Positions 28,271 through 48,300 of a stretch of 64,000 nucleotides of DNA are shown in pieces. The DNA is from Flaccisagitta enflata. Its lineage: Eukaryota. The stretch is from NCBI GenBank assembly GCA_965153355.1, contig OZ231126.1, positions 2,294,001-2,358,000 on the forward strand. The letters run 5' to 3'. A model generated the notes under the pieces. It saw only the letters and a program-made list of their open reading frames with translations, was not told the origin of the DNA and did no database searches. Made by a program: the position numbers and the translations under genes. Position 1 is the stretch's first letter; every line of letters starts with the position of its first letter.

Positions 28271-28636
28271 GGTATAAGAATTAATAACGCCCGGCGCACG
28301 TCTTGGCCCGTGTATCCGTTCTTAACTGCAACACCCAAGATGAGGAAGAATTGACGCATCGCAAAACATAAGAGCAATCGTGAGGAGGCAAATACATGAT
28401 AGAGAGAGATGCCCCACTACAGCTCCTGGAGCTTCTAATCCAAAAGCTACAGCGCTGCTACTGCGCGCGCTTATGTGTGTGCCACGGGCTCTCTGTTCAC
28501 ATACTTTTATTGTCTGACAATTGACAATCTACGATATGTCAGCAACGGTTCTCTGAACAAAATTTCTCACAGTTCCTCAACGCAATTTCATTCACTAATA
28601 AGATCTTACAGTTACTAAAAAAGAGGACTGAAAACG

Positions 28637-29150
28637 ATGCATTCTGAAACGGAGAAAACAGCCTCGGATCCTCCTCCTCCTCCTCCTCCTGATTACGATT
28701 CTGCAATATCAATGGGTCCAACATTAAGTCCACGACATGACCGATTCAAGCCTCCTTTTGATTCTACGCCTACGGCAGACCCACCAGCAACCACTCCAAA
28801 CCAAACTACTACCTTGGAAAAAAGTTTATCGCATTTAACATTTTTTTTGTATAGATAGTAAAATACTTAAACTATTTTACAAAATCTTTCAGACATTGCT
28901 GATTAAAATTCTTTAAATCAGGTTGAACCTTTCTATTTGTATGAATGTTCTTGGTTGATGAATTTAGTTGGATGATGCGATAAACTTTTTTCCAAACCCG
29001 TATCAACCATCTACAAGTCCCAGACATGCGAATTTTCAATCACCAATTTCCATGGAACCAATTTCATAACCAACGGTATCGACTCCTTGCCCTTTGGTGA
29101 CAACCCCTGTGGGTCCAAACCCTGCAACGTCTTACGGGGCAACTGAACCT
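28637..29150 (+). pseudogene. Possible Pro-rich PPxY-containing (LITAF-like N-terminus) gene fragment
   Basis: MHSETEKTASDPPPPPPPDYDSA...; later PLVTTPVGPNPAT with a stop codon upstream; no intact CxxC LITAF domain seen. Confidence 0.25.
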
Positions 29151-29467
29151 CTCTTTAGCAAAAATGCTTATTTTTCAATAGGATTCAAAAACTGAAAATG
29201 ACAATGTTTTAACTCTTTTTTTATGCAGTTCTAAACAAATAAAGCTAGAAATACCAGATTGAACCTAATGAAAGATCTCTTTGGGATCTTCAAAATGGTC
29301 TAAGATTTTGTTTAATTATTTTGAAATTTAACATGATAAATTATCATTTAAAAGAGCGGCTTTTGTTGTGATTCGCGTAGTACCAACTTCCAACCTATAA
29401 CATTGGCTCCAACTCCAAACAGTTGCCAACTGGCCTCATTGACTGCAGCACCATCTGGTGGCCAGTT

Positions 29468-29468
<1 letters not shown>

Positions 29469-29542
<74 letters not shown>

Positions 29543-30414
29543 GAGTGAGAGAGTGAGTGAGAGAGTGAGTGAGAGTGAGTGAGAGTGAGAGTGAGTGAGA
29601 GTGAGTGAGTGAGAGTGAGAGTGAGTGAGTGAGAGTGAGTGAGTGAGAGTGAGTGAGTGAGTGAGAGTGAGTGAGTGAGAGTGAGTGAGAGTGAGTGAGT
29701 GAGAGTGAGTGAGTGAGTGAGTGAGAGTGAGTGAGTGAGAGTGAGTGAGTGAGAGTGAGAGTGAGTGAGTGGAGAGAGAGTGAGTGAGAGAGGTGAGAGA
29801 GTGAGAGAGTGAGTGAGAGAGTGAGTGAGTGAGTGAGGAAGGAGTGAGTGAGAGAGTGAGTGAGAGTGGTGAGAGAGTGAGTGAGAGAGTGGTGAGAAGT
29901 GAGAGTGAGTGAGTGAGAGAGTGAGTGAGAGAGTGAGTGAGTGAGTGAGTGAGTGAGTGAGTGAGTGAGTGAGTGAGTGAGTGAGTGAGTGAGTGAGTGA
30001 GTGAGTGAGTGAGTGAGTGAGTGAGTGAGTGAGTGAGTGAGTGAGTGAGAGAGTGAGTGAGAGAGTGAGTGAGAGAGTGAGTGAGAGAGTGAGTGAGAGA
30101 GTGAGTGAGAGAGTGAGTGAGAGAGTGAGTGAGAGAGTGAGTGAGAGAGTGAGTGAGAGAGTGAGTGAGAGAGTGAGTGAGAGAGTGAGTGAGAGAGTGA
30201 GTGAGAGAGTGAGTGAGAGAGTGAGTGAGAGAGTGAGTGAGAGAGTGAGTGAGAGAGTGAGTGAGAGAGTGAGTGAGAGAGTGAGTGAGAGAGTGAGTGA
30301 GAGAGTGAGTGAGAGAGTGAGTGTAAGAGTGAGTGTGAGAGTGAGTGTGAGAGTGAGAGTGAGAGTGAGTGAGTGAGTGAGAGTGAGAGTGAGTGAGAGA
30401 GAGAGAGAGAGAGA
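29469..30414. repeat. Compound (GA)n/(GAGT)n/(GAGTGAGTGAGA)n satellite
   Basis: ~950 bp built almost solely of GA/GT dinucleotides, passing from GA through GAGT to a regular 12-mer. Confidence 0.95.
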
Positions 30415-31512
30415 TGTGATTCTTTAAGAGGCTTTGCTCATCCATTTGTCGGTCCATCTGTCGGGTGGTCTCTCCGTCCGTGAGCATGAGTTGAAAAGTG
30501 GTTAAAAGAGAGTTGTAGAAGCTTGTGTTTGGTTTAGTTTAGTTTAGTTTAGTAATATTTACCCTTAGGAAGACTCTATGAGTCTCATTAGAAAGGCCAT
30601 CGTAATCTTTTAAAAGTAAAACCTTGAAAGCCACGGCATGCACACCAAGGAAGAAGAAAAACAAGGCCGGATACACGGCTGGCCAAGTCGCGTGCGGGTG
30701 GGCAGGGTCAGTGATGAAATAGACCAGCTAGGCAGTTGGGCAGGAGCTGTAACCCCAAATCCGCCCGTAAACATCGAAAAAGCAAAGTATTACCGACCGA
30801 CCGACCGACAGACAGACAGACGGACAGACGGACAGAGTGGGTTGTAGAGTCGCGTGCACGCGACTAAAAATAAAATAAGAAGAAAAAGAAAAAAAAAGTT
30901 AAACGAGTAATTCTTATGCTCTACGATAATATCGTAATTGTTTCATTTTTACAGGAAAAAGAGCGCCATTAAATGGAGGCGTGCCGTCACATCGTCAATT
31001 TTTTTTTCAAATTTAATCTGAAACTTTTTTATTTCAATAGTAGTCTAGTTCATGATAATTCTATTGAAATCTAGGTTTGGAACAGAATCATGGTGCTCGA
31101 GCAAGCAGGTAGTGCACCATATCTGCCTCCAACTGATTTTTCAGATTCGATGACCTTTTAACTTCTCCTTTAATTTGACTTGATTACATTTTTATGTGGG
31201 ATTATGTTGCTACAAATGTCTTTATGTATAATGATGTAATGTATTAGTCACAAAATCATGGCCCCAAAAAATTTACAAGTTTTTTATTTGTCTTACCTAA
31301 CGTCAAATGAGACATTGCTGGTTGTCTTAGCTTTATTTGTTTAGACATGGCATTGGAATGAAGACAGATTGTCAGGGATTTGAGAATTTACTTTGTTTGT
31401 TTTACCATACGCCTTTGAAAGCCAAACGGCGCGGATCCTAGATGATCCAGTAATTTTCACAATTCCCATCGACTTGTACACTGATTAAAAACACATTTTT
31501 TAAATATTTTCA

Positions 31513-32104
31513 TACAGGGTGATCAGTCTCAAAGTGGGAAAAGTATTAAGCTTACATTCCTATATGCATCAAGTCTGTAATCTGAGATCAATTTTCTTTC
31601 ATAGCATTATGTTTGACGTTTTTTGTGTTAAAATTTCATTGGTTTAGCTTGAATAGTTTGACCAGAACATCAATTTGAAGTAAAACAATGATTTACAGTT
31701 TTATCTGAAAATCTAGTGAGAATTTCAAAGCAGATTTCCTTGAAATTCCTCTTTTCTCTCTATGACTTGAGCTACAGTTGCCTGATTGGTCTCAAATCAA
31801 AGGTATTTGCATAATCTTACATTTGAAACCAATTTGAAGTCTATAGCTCAAGTTAATTGGAGATGAAAGCAAGTAAAAAAAAAACATTTTGAAAATCAAA
31901 CAAGATTTTAAGCTAAAACTGTAAATGATTGTTTTACTTCAAATTGATGTTGTGGTCAAACAATTCAAGCTAAACTAATGAAATTTTAACACAAAAAACG
32001 TCAAACATAGTACTACAAAAGATAATTGATCTCAGATCATAGACATAATGCATACAGGAATGTAAGCTTAATACTTTTCCCACTTTGAGATTGATCACCC
32101 GGTA
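31513..32104. mobile_element. Long-TIR palindromic Tc1/mariner-like MITE
   Basis: TA-CAGGGTGATCAGTCTCAAAGTGGGAAAAGT... / ...ACTTTTCCCACTTTGAGATTGATCACCCGG-TA; inverted arms of about 190 bp. Confidence 0.85.
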
Positions 32105-32322
32105 CTAGTAATGACTTAAGAAATCAGTTATAATCTGAGATAGAACCGTTCTTCGATCGATCGATGCTGCTATGTCAGCTGATTCCATGGCCGCGGATCA
32201 TCGAAAAGGTCGTTTCATCGGGATTCATTGGTATTGGTCATCGGAGAAAGGACGGCATTGTTACTCAGCCCGAGGTTCTTCATCGGTAGTTCTGATAACG
32301 ATGATTGTAAGATCTGGCAAAG

Positions 32323-32408
<86 letters not shown>

Positions 32409-32555
32409 GATTGTTTGTTTCAAAATATGACAATCATTTCATGCAACATTCTAACGTTGGAAATTACGTGGTTTGGCGCCTTTGATTCTTGTGCTAGGTT
32501 TTTTCAGTCGGCGCTGAATTGACAACCAATGATGACGATAATTAACAACAATAGC

Positions 32556-32608
<53 letters not shown>

Positions 32609-33269
32609 CTGTTTCCTGTATGCAGAATCATTTTTAGCATGCTGTGGTCTTTGGTCGATTGATCATATTATTAGTTCTTTTCTTTTAAATCATTGGCTTG
32701 CCAGATCGTCAGTTAGTAGATGAAATATTACAAGTTTTTTAGTTTCATGGTGACGGGAGTTCGTCACTTGCCACATCGTCAGTTAACAGAGGAAAAAAAG
32801 TCTAAGTGTTTTTTATTGCAGTATCGAGAGATCGTCACTAACCACATCGTCAATAAAAAGATAAAAAAAAATCAGAGTGTTTTATTAGAAAGTACTGAGA
32901 CATCGTCAGTGCTAAAATGCAAAATACCGTGTGATCGTCAACGACCTCATGAAAATTTGTATGAAAATTGTGGCTTTGGAGATCGTAGACGATCTGCCGG
33001 CACCCGATCCCATTAAATACCGCAACATAAGTAAACAAGGCCGGAAACACGGCCACCAGTTGCGGACGGGTGGGCGGGGGCGAAAATGCATGTTTTTTCC
33101 ACTTTTCAACTCAAGCGTGACGGACCAACCGACCGACCGACCGACCAACCAACCGACCGACCGACCGACCGACGGACGGACAAAGCCTCTTATAGAGTTG
33201 CGTGTCCGCAACTAAAAAAAAGCTGATTGATGCGGTATAGAAGTAAAGACTGGTGGAAAAAACTAAATG

Positions 33270-33600
33270 GTGTGTGGTAGTTGATCATAAGCATTCTTGA
33301 AGGCATTAAGTGAGCTTGATTGTCGCATTTCAGATGGGAGACTATTCCATATTTGGGGTCCTCTTACACAAAATAAGTTTATTTTTCTGTTTTTTCTGAT
33401 TTTTTTTTTGTCTGGGGGTGAGGCCGGATGGGGTTGGAGGCCCCTGCTCGACCGTCCGCGACGATATCTTAACCCGATATTGAAGAAGGTTCTTTGGAAG
33501 TGCAGGTGCAGGGTGCCCTGAATGCTCAGATACGCTTACGAACACCCGGATGAACTGACAGACAGCTGAGGAGTATTGGGGGTAGTAACCCTAGTTACCA
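33270..33600 (-). mobile_element. 3' fragment of CR1/L2-type LINE ORF2
   Basis: Minus strand reads ...VRGPQIWNSLPSEMRQSSSLNAFKNAYDQL, the typical WN-x-LP...SL-x-x-FK C-terminus of L2/CR1 RT ORFs. Confidence 0.65.
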
Positions 33601-33847
33601 TTACTTTCCACCTCTTCTTCTAGCCGTGCATTTACATTGTAAATGTTTTTTTCCCAACAAAACTCATTAAACAAACAGAAAGACTCCTTTGAACGGATTT
33701 TACATGATTTGCAATGCTCAAGTAAAAAACGGCGATGTAATATCGAAACCATGCCTATCTTCGATTTTGATCAAATTTGTATCAGGGGTAGTCTTTATCA
33801 AGTAGAGTTTACAAGTCAAGTCTTTTGAACTCGGACTCACCACCTTA

Positions 33848-36008
<2,161 letters not shown>

Positions 36009-37010
36009 CTTAACAGCTTAATTGAGCATAAACAAAGACGGGGTTATTACATCCCCAGTCACTAGTTTAATACCCATTTTTGGACGTTAGGTGATTAAGA
36101 TGTATCAATTCTATTACCTTGACTGTCATTAGATTTAGTAACTTTCCCTCAAAACGTCACAACTCTTGAGCACATAACCAGAAATTACAATAAGGAAGCT
36201 TCACCAACAAGCAAGTGTTTTTAGTCGCGGACAAGCGACTCTAGAACTTGCCGCGTCGGTCGGTCGGTTGGTCGGTCGGTCGGTCACGTATCCTTTTTGA
36301 TTTCCGCTCCTGCCCACCCGTCCGCGACTTGGGGGGGAGTATATACGGCCTTGTTTTCAGTCGTGCGCGACGCGACTCTATATTGGATGTACCGACATAC
36401 CGACCGACCTACCGACCGACACTGCAAGGTGTAGAATCGCGTGTCCGCCACTAAAAATATGACTTTTTCACGACTTTCAAAAAGCAACGGTTTTACTTTA
36501 TTTTTATTTTTTTATTTTTTTTATTTTTTTATTTTTGCGTCATTTCTGAACAAATTGACCAAAAATTCTGGGATTGCGCTATATTTGTAGAAAATTCAAT
36601 GTAGATTAAAAATCTCACTAAAAAAGGTCAAAATTCTGTTTCAAAGCCGACTTATCTTAGTCTAAAGCTGTTGCAATACTTCCTAGGTAGTATTTTCAAA
36701 GTTTACCCAGTTTTATTAGAGTCAAATTTTTCTGATAATTTTTAACTCTTGACCGATTAATTCTTTTTGAATTTTAGTTTAAAAACATTATTTTTAACAG
36801 GGTACCAATTACGGATTCTTTTGCACACCTCGTTAGACAATTAAGGACAGGAACCTAGAATCATAGTCACAAAGCATGGATCAAATGAGCACTTCTCTAT
36901 TATGAACACCCTAGTCTAAAACTGCTCTACTGTATGCGCTACGTGGACAGGTACCATGAATTTACATGCCTGCAATCTTGCCTTTCTTTTCTTCAGATAA
37001 TAAAAACAAA

Positions 37011-40595
<3,585 letters not shown>

Positions 40596-41598
40596 ATAGA
40601 GCGTTCCGTTTCATGGAAACTAGGAATGTTTTTTGCGCTTCCAATGATATCCGCTTTCGCTGCCGCTTCCGCTTCCGCTTCCGCTTCTGCTTCCACTTCC
40701 GCTGGCCTTTTTCATCCCAAATACTAGTAGTAGCCATTCCACCCATAGAATTGGAAGTGGTCAACTACTATCACAACATAGGGTATTATGTAAAAATTAT
40801 GTAAGTATTATGCCCTAACAGTAGCCAAAAAACAGAAACAATTGTTTTAGGTTGCAAAAACCCCTTGAACTACTGCCGTATTTGCCTTAAAGGATAAAAA
40901 CAGTTTCTCTTATGCTGTGCTTACTTGAGCCATGGCGCTAATACCTTGTTTGCCTTCAAAGAGGAATAGAAAATTTATAAACATTTTGCAAAGTGAAGAC
41001 CTCCAATTTGTGTAAAAAAAGTTCTACTCCACTACAAATACTGCATTTGTTTTAAAGTCATGTGTATAATATTTCAATGAATGATGTATTTTTCGCATTG
41101 TTTGATATTTCTACAGCTTTCCATACAATCTTTCATTACGAATTCTTTTTTTTTTTATTCAACTGAGGTACGCCATAAGTCGTTGCCGATAGGAAGATAG
41201 TACAGCGATCATTTCCATATTTTAACCAAATAAGGAGGCGTTTTCAGTCCCAATTTATCTTCTCTCCACATGGAGGGTTTGATTACTCAACTCCGTAAAG
41301 AAAATAGGGACAACTTGACGATATAATGGGCTGCCCCTGCCCCTGCCCTTAAAGCCCATTATATGTTAAGTGGTATTATATCCCCATTGAACTACTGTAC
41401 CCCCCTCCCCAATGGTCTATGCCCTTTCCTCTCTGCCCCTTCTTAGTGAATATCCTGTTTGAGGTCATTGAACCATCTCTACCATCATCAAAACCGAAGG
41501 ATCGAGGCAGTTGAAAGAAGGAAATTCAGATATGAGGGCTAAACTCTGTAACATAAGACCTATTTTAGTAGTAGTAAAAAGATATGTAACAATGCCAT

Positions 41599-42512
41599 TA
41601 TAAGTTACGCCCACGAGTTTCAACTGGCACTGTCTATGAGCGTCTATCTGACTGACGACTTGTGGTGAAAGAAAGTTGGCCGATTGGAAAATAGGAAGGC
41701 GATCGTCTCGTTTATTCCATAAAAATTTCAACAACTGAAGAGAGGGGGAAAAATGAAAGGGAAAGTGGGCGTTAATGGTGATCAGCAAACGCAAAAGATA
41801 ACATGAAATCGAGATAGGACACAATAAAGGACAGAAACAGCACATGACAACATGTTCATCTTCTTCAGAGCCCATGCCACCTGATAATACCTGCCCCTGC
41901 CCCGGCCCATCCCATTAAATTCATCCATATCATCCCCATAGTAAGCTGATCGGGCAAGCGATAAAAATCATGCTAAAATCCGGCGATAAAAATGCAAAAA
42001 TGCAAAAGACAAGAATAACAGACCGGAAGACAAGATAAAAACAACGTTAATAAAAGCAAAGACGCGTCTATAAAACTTACTTTTAGGCCCACTTTCGTTG
42101 GTTTCAACCCACAGTCTGTCGATGTCAAACTAACGTTAATTGTCCGTTCATAAGTTTATCTGCAATAAAAAGATGAGAGATTATTGAAATTAGTGAATTC
42201 CAAGGGCACATTCAATCAATCGCGAAAAATCAATCAATCACTTTAGGAAGCAATGCCGTAAATAAATAAAAACAATCAATCCAAAATTGGATGACACGAA
42301 GACGAGTTACGTATGTTTGTTTACGTAATAAAAACAAATGGCATAAAATACAAGGCGCAACCATATGGTTACCCATCTAGCCTTCATTATAAGAAATGGC
42401 GAGAAACAAAAGACACCGGCATTGAATAATAAGAAAAGAGGAAAAGCCAAAAGCACGCAAAAGAAACAAAAGCACACATACTTAATCAACGGACGGACAT
42501 ACATTTCTAACA
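41599..42512 (-). repeat. BEL/Pao 3' LTR
   Basis: Direct repeat of 49226-50134; begins TGTTAG on the minus strand. Confidence 0.9.
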
Positions 42513-43602
42513 TTCTGCCCCATTTTTGGAATTTCACGAATTTCAAAAATCCGACATCTAGTTTCCGGTCGGGGAAACCCTACTAAAAAACCGATACTAC
42601 CTTCCTTAAAAAAAAAATTATACAGACACAGCCCCCGCCCCTCCCCCCCCGTCCACCGCCTCTTACATCCCCACCCTAACTATCAACAGATCGAAGACTG
42701 CACGAATGATGATTTCCGTCCGGAAAGGATCCACCACCAGCAATTTTTCAACGATCAACGAAGACGCGGATGGAAACGAGGCGGCGACGAGGAGGTTGAG
42801 GCGCCCGTTCTGTAAAAATTAAGGGGAAAGGGGGGGGGGAAGGGGGAACGGGCCTTGGAGCACTCCAAGCCTGGGATTTGACTTGAGAGTGGAAAATAAT
42901 AAGTAGGGGCATACTACTAAAAACATGTCATACGAAAATATTTGTAACAACGACTAAAAAGACCATGTCTAAAACACACAAAACAAAAATGTACCTGTTC
43001 CAAGGAACCAAACAAAACAAGACAAAATAAATAAGTTACTAACTATATGTAAAAACGAATATGAAAGGCGAAAAAATTAGTAAGCATCATGGAACGACCA
43101 CGTCACCTGCGCCTTCTCCATTACAGAGACGAGCGGGTCATTCCGGCGCTCCAAAAAACCTCGTCAATCCGTGGGCGAAAGGCGACGAATGATGTCGTCA
43201 ACGGCGACCGCATCGAAAGGCGCAGGTGGAGCCGGATGCTGACGTGACATCTTGACTCCGACGAGCGACTTCAAGATGTAGACTGACTTCGTAGATGGCA
43301 TAACGTCGTCAGCGGAAGCTTTGAAATGTTCGTTATCGCGAACTGATAATGGTAAGAACGGATTTTGGCACAATAATATGTACATATAGACAGAGCGAAT
43401 GAATCAGTGTTTTGATGTGTGAGTGGAAATGGATAACATAATTGACAAGAGGAAAGATGAAAGCATGGATAATCAGAACCAAATATGAATAATAACAACT
43501 CTTTGTAAATATACAAGTCAGAGTTTCAATCACTCATATCTATAGTTACTAATGGACAGGCCCATGCGCTCTTTTTCTCTCTCTCTCAAAACTTAGCGTT
43601 TT

Positions 43603-44635
43603 TTATGAATCCAATTCCAGCCGCAGAAGCTTTATGCGGTCTTTCGTCACGATCTTTTCATCTTGGCGTCGAACATAAGCCCTCCGGACATGAGCTGATG
43701 ATCCTTCGACACCCATGACGCGTCCTAAACTCAATTGACGAGGCAGCGTTTCGTCCATGACGACGACCATGTCGCCGACCGCAAAGTCTCTCTCGGATCT
43801 CGACCATTTGCCGCGCGTGAAGAAGCGCCAAATATTCGACCTCCACGATTTCCAAAAGCGCATCCACACGTGCATCGCCTCCCATTGAATCTTCGCTGAG
43901 TCGGCGTCAGAGTTGACCGCCTTGCGCCAGATCCAGAGGGGCGTGACCGGATGTTGATGGATTGAGGATATGATTCGGTGTGAGGGCATCAGAATTATTT
44001 GGATCATCGCTGAGCGCTGTCAGAGGACGGCGATTGAGAATTCCTTCAACTTCGACGACAGCAGTGTTGAAGGCATCGACGTGAGGGATGGCGCCAATAG
44101 AGATGGAAGCAAGATGGCGCTTGATGGAAGATGACTAGATTCGTTCTTCTGTTAAAGTTCTTCGGGCATCTGGCACGTGTTGACGCGCTCTTGACAGCCT
44201 GAAGACCTTTTATAATCCACACAAATTGCGTAGTTGGCCCAATGTATGCTTTACACCCACGTGAAAATCATTATGATGATAATGGCGAATTAATGATTTC
44301 ACATTCTCGTCTTTTGGCGGAAGGATGAAAGGGAATGTAGCGTCATGTGCGATGTCGGCATTCTCCAATCGGCTGCCGACGCGAAGGACGCCGTCGTCAT
44401 CGACGAAAGGGTTCAACTTTAGCACATCCTTGTTCTTGATGATAAAGTCACGACGGCTTTCTGGCTGAAAGGCTTTTTCCAACTCCAATTGTTCGAAAAC
44501 GTCGGAATAACGTTGCCGCTGCATTGACTTGACGAGCTGTTTGCACGCCTCCTCCAAGACGTCTTGCGTCACTTCCGGTTTAGGAAGAAGATCCTTTGCT
44601 GCAATTGGGCAAAAGTATGTCTTTTCCTCTAACAT
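43603..44635 (-). pseudogene. BEL/Pao pol remnants (integrase N-terminal region and C-terminal DUF5641-like part)
   Basis: LNPFVDDDGVLRVGSRL...FPFILPP...LIRHYHHNDFHVG; FWKSW...KW...VGDMVVVMDETLPR...LGRV; interrupted by frameshifts and deletions. Confidence 0.85.
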
Positions 44636-45372
44636 TTTGCACGCTCTGAATTTTCAAGGGCGCCCATCTCTCTTAAGTGAGACGATTGGTGATGCAAAGT
44701 CATGGTAGAAGATGCGGCCAATGCTGCTGTTGAGGACGCTGCATTGTCGAGGACAGCACCGATGCTGCTCGCAGGACGCGATCATCATCCGCGTGGCGGC
44801 GGCTGGACCGATGCAGCACCCGCCTTCCCCGCTTGTTAGCTATGTCCAACCTAATAAACATCTGAAGCAAGTCAAGGATCCTGAAGGCCCTCAGCGGATT
44901 TCCTGGATGGTCAAGTGTGGCATCCGCATGCGCCGCCTCTCCGGCGATCATCATAACGCCGCTTTCTGCTTGAATCTTTATATTCTGATATGGTCGATAG
45001 TATTGAGAAAAAGGAGGATCGTTTCATAGCTCACTGTTAAATAAAATAAAATCGACTTCCATTAACTCATCGTGTTGACGCTTCTGATAATGCACATACC
45101 TTCGTCACCGACTTCATTGGTGAATGATGCGATGAAACTATCCTCAACAATATGATTTCCTGTGCAATTTCACTGCCATTTGCACCATGGTTTTGAATCC
45201 AGAAGACTGCGACGACATTGGTACTCGACACGCTGCGATCAGCCTGAGTCGTATTTCATATAGCATGGTCGCCCTCTGCACACCAAGAATTGCTTAGCGA
45301 TAGTCATTGGCTCCACCGGACGGGATAACGCGTCGTCATCGAAGAGACGGACCGCGACGCTACAGCCGCCAG

Positions 45373-48300
45373 TCATGCCGTGATGTTAGAAGAGATCACT
45401 TCCGCAGGATTGGCTGCCTCCGCTGTCGACGGAGCTACAGCAGCCGCATCCTCTGACTTGTTGAAAGGAGCCAGCGGCAGGCCATTTCCCTGCCTGTTCT
45501 CTCCTTTCTTCTCTTCCTTTTCCTCTCTCTTGTAGAAGCGCCCGAGGAGAATTGATGTGTGCCGTTTCTTGCAGATCTGGCAAGTTGGCCTGTTCGCGCA
45601 TCCCATGGCGTAGTGTCCTGGCGCGAGGTAGTGGAAGCTGAGACAATGAGACATGATCTTTTGAACTCTTGCGCCCACCTCCAACTCTAACAGTTGATGA
45701 CAGTTTTCTGTTTGATGTATTCCACTGCAGACGTTGTGGCGAACTGCCGACTGCACTTTTTGCTTGCCATTGGTCAAAGCATCCTCATATGATGATGGCG
45801 CCTCTTTTTCTGTCGTTGCGACTGCTGCCACTGACGCTGTTTTGCAGCTTGCACCTTTGTTGCGCCGAATCACCGCCCATGTTTCAATCATGTTGACCAA
45901 GTTGTCGAATGAAATTGACTGTCCTTTTTGGGCTGCTTCATGTTGCTTCTCCCAAAATTTATCTGCAAGATGAGGGACCCTCTTATTGAGGATTTCCTGC
46001 AGCAGCTCGTCACTATAGCATTGCTGCACTTCTCCACAGGTCCTCGCAATCTTGCTTTATGTTTTGCAGACAGATTGAAATGGCTCTCGCATGGTCGGCC
46101 GATTGATCTGCTTCCATGACGATTTCACAACACGCTCGCAATATTGCAGCGCTTGCCATAAAAACGACGCTCCACGCTGCCAATCTCTTTCCCTTTGCCG
46201 GGTCGCTCAAAGGCGTCAATCGTCGCAGTTTCGGCGATCTCCTTTTGCCGGACCAGCAAACCACTTAGGCAATTCCAATAAAATGTCCATTTGCGTCAAG
46301 CCTTTCATGCCAGCATCTTTGAACTTCTCTTCCATATCATGAAATCCGGTGACAAAGCCCTGCAGAGGCTTCGGGTCTTGCTCTCTCCAATGCTTTGAGG
46401 CCGACCTCCCTTGCTCGCATATGATCATAGTAAGCCGTTCTCTCCAAGAACATGTCCAGAGCTGGATTGTTGGGCATCTGTACATGAACTTCCGGATGAC
46501 GAGCTACTTGATGATGCTCCACTTGATGATACGTGACACATTGGGGCTTGTTGCGATTGCGCATTGACCCCGACCTGACCGGAGATCTCTTGGTAGCTTT
46601 CTAACACTCCACCCAACTTCTTCCTGTTGACTCATTTGTTGTTGACGATCATCTTGATGGAATCGGGGAGCATCAAAATCTTGGCGGATGTACTGCCGCT
46701 TTTGTTGTTCTTCTTTGCGTTGTTTCTCTTCTTCTCTCGCTGCGGCAAGGTCAGTGTCTTTCTGCTGAATCTGCATCCTCAAACCATTCACTTCTTGCTG
46801 CAAACCCTGATTCTGCTGGATGATTTCCGCTTGAGGCGTTCCTAGAGGCGCTTATGCCACTTCTGGCACCTTCGACTGCAAACCACTCATTGTCTTCTTA
46901 GGAGCGACTCTTCTTCTCTCCTTATCTTGCAGCCGCAAAGCCAACTTCACATCAGCGGCCTCCTGCTCCTGCCTCCTGCGCATCGCTCCGTTGCATCACC
47001 ACTCCGTCTGCTGTGTTGAAGACCTTTTCCTCTTGACGGGCGTTCAGTCTTCCTCTTCTGCAGAAATCCAGTCTGCTTCTCAAGATCACTTCCGTGCATG
47101 TGTAGGAGAATCGTTGCTGTCAAGGTTTGATGATGCTGATAATGATGTTGCTGCTGCTGTTGAAACCGTTGCTGCTGCTTACTGCTGATGTTGAAGTTGC
47201 CGCTGCCAGTGGTCAGGACGCTGTTGCTGCTCATTCTGCCGCTGCAGTTGACGCTGACCAGCCGTCTCGCTGCCGCTGCCCAACCGTTGCCATGCCGCTG
47301 CATCGGCTGCTTGACGGACGCGCTTCCACTGGCCAGCACATGACGTTGCTGTAAGTTCAAATTAAAAATCCCGGATTGAATTTTAAGATAGATCGACGGT
47401 CTTTTTGATGATGCTGTGCTGCTGCTTATCCAGCTCAGACAGTTGTCTGGGCTTCACATCCCGCTGCTCTAAAGCTCCACCAATGCCGCTGCTCAGGCTA
47501 TTCCAGTGCTTTCTGCTATCTCTGCCGCATTGTTGAATACTCCTGCCCTTCCATCTTCATCTCGCTGCTGCTGCTGGCGAAAGTTACACATTCTGTCAGA
47601 CAATCTTTGTCTTCTTGTGATGAGCTTCGCTGTTGGAACCTAAATGGCACCACTGTGGGCGCCTTTGGAGCTGCTGCAGCACCACCACCTTCACCTTCAG
47701 CCATCATGCGCAATCGTTGTTCTGCAAGGCGTTGCTGTCTCTCTCCTTCTGTTTCTTCACTGACATTCATGCTTTCTTTGACAGGATGGTTATTTTGACG
47801 CTGGAGGATCCACTACTACCGCTGGAATCGTGGCGGAAGGTTGCTGCTGCTGCTGCAGTTGCTGTTGCATAGTTCCTCATAGCAGTATTTTGCCGCTGTT
47901 GTTGTTCCGCGGCTGCGCGCACGGCTGATGTTGCTGCAGCTCTTGTTGTTGCCACGTTGCTGTTGCTGCTGTTGATGATGTTGCTGGCTGCTGCTGAACC
48001 ACAGATTGTGGCACCGTGTCGCAGGATCTGATGCTGTTGTTGGTCTTGCTGACTAAATTGTTGGAGTTGTGGCAACCGCCGCTGCTGCAATAGCTCTTGC
48101 CGCCGTCGCTGAGCTGTCGTTTGCCGCTGCTCCCGTGGTCCGTGGAGTCGACGCCGCCGTCGGAGTTGCTGCTGCTGCATCTGCAATTGATGCTGCTGCT
48201 GTTGCTCCTGTTGCTGTCGCTGCTCCTCCTCACGTTGCTGCTGCTGCATATCGTTTATCAGCCGACGGCCTTGTCGCATTTCTTCCTCCAGCTGTCTACC

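Noticed and set aside
41465-42586. ORFs duplicated at 49054-50126
   Set aside because: They lie within the two LTR copies and have no protein motifs.
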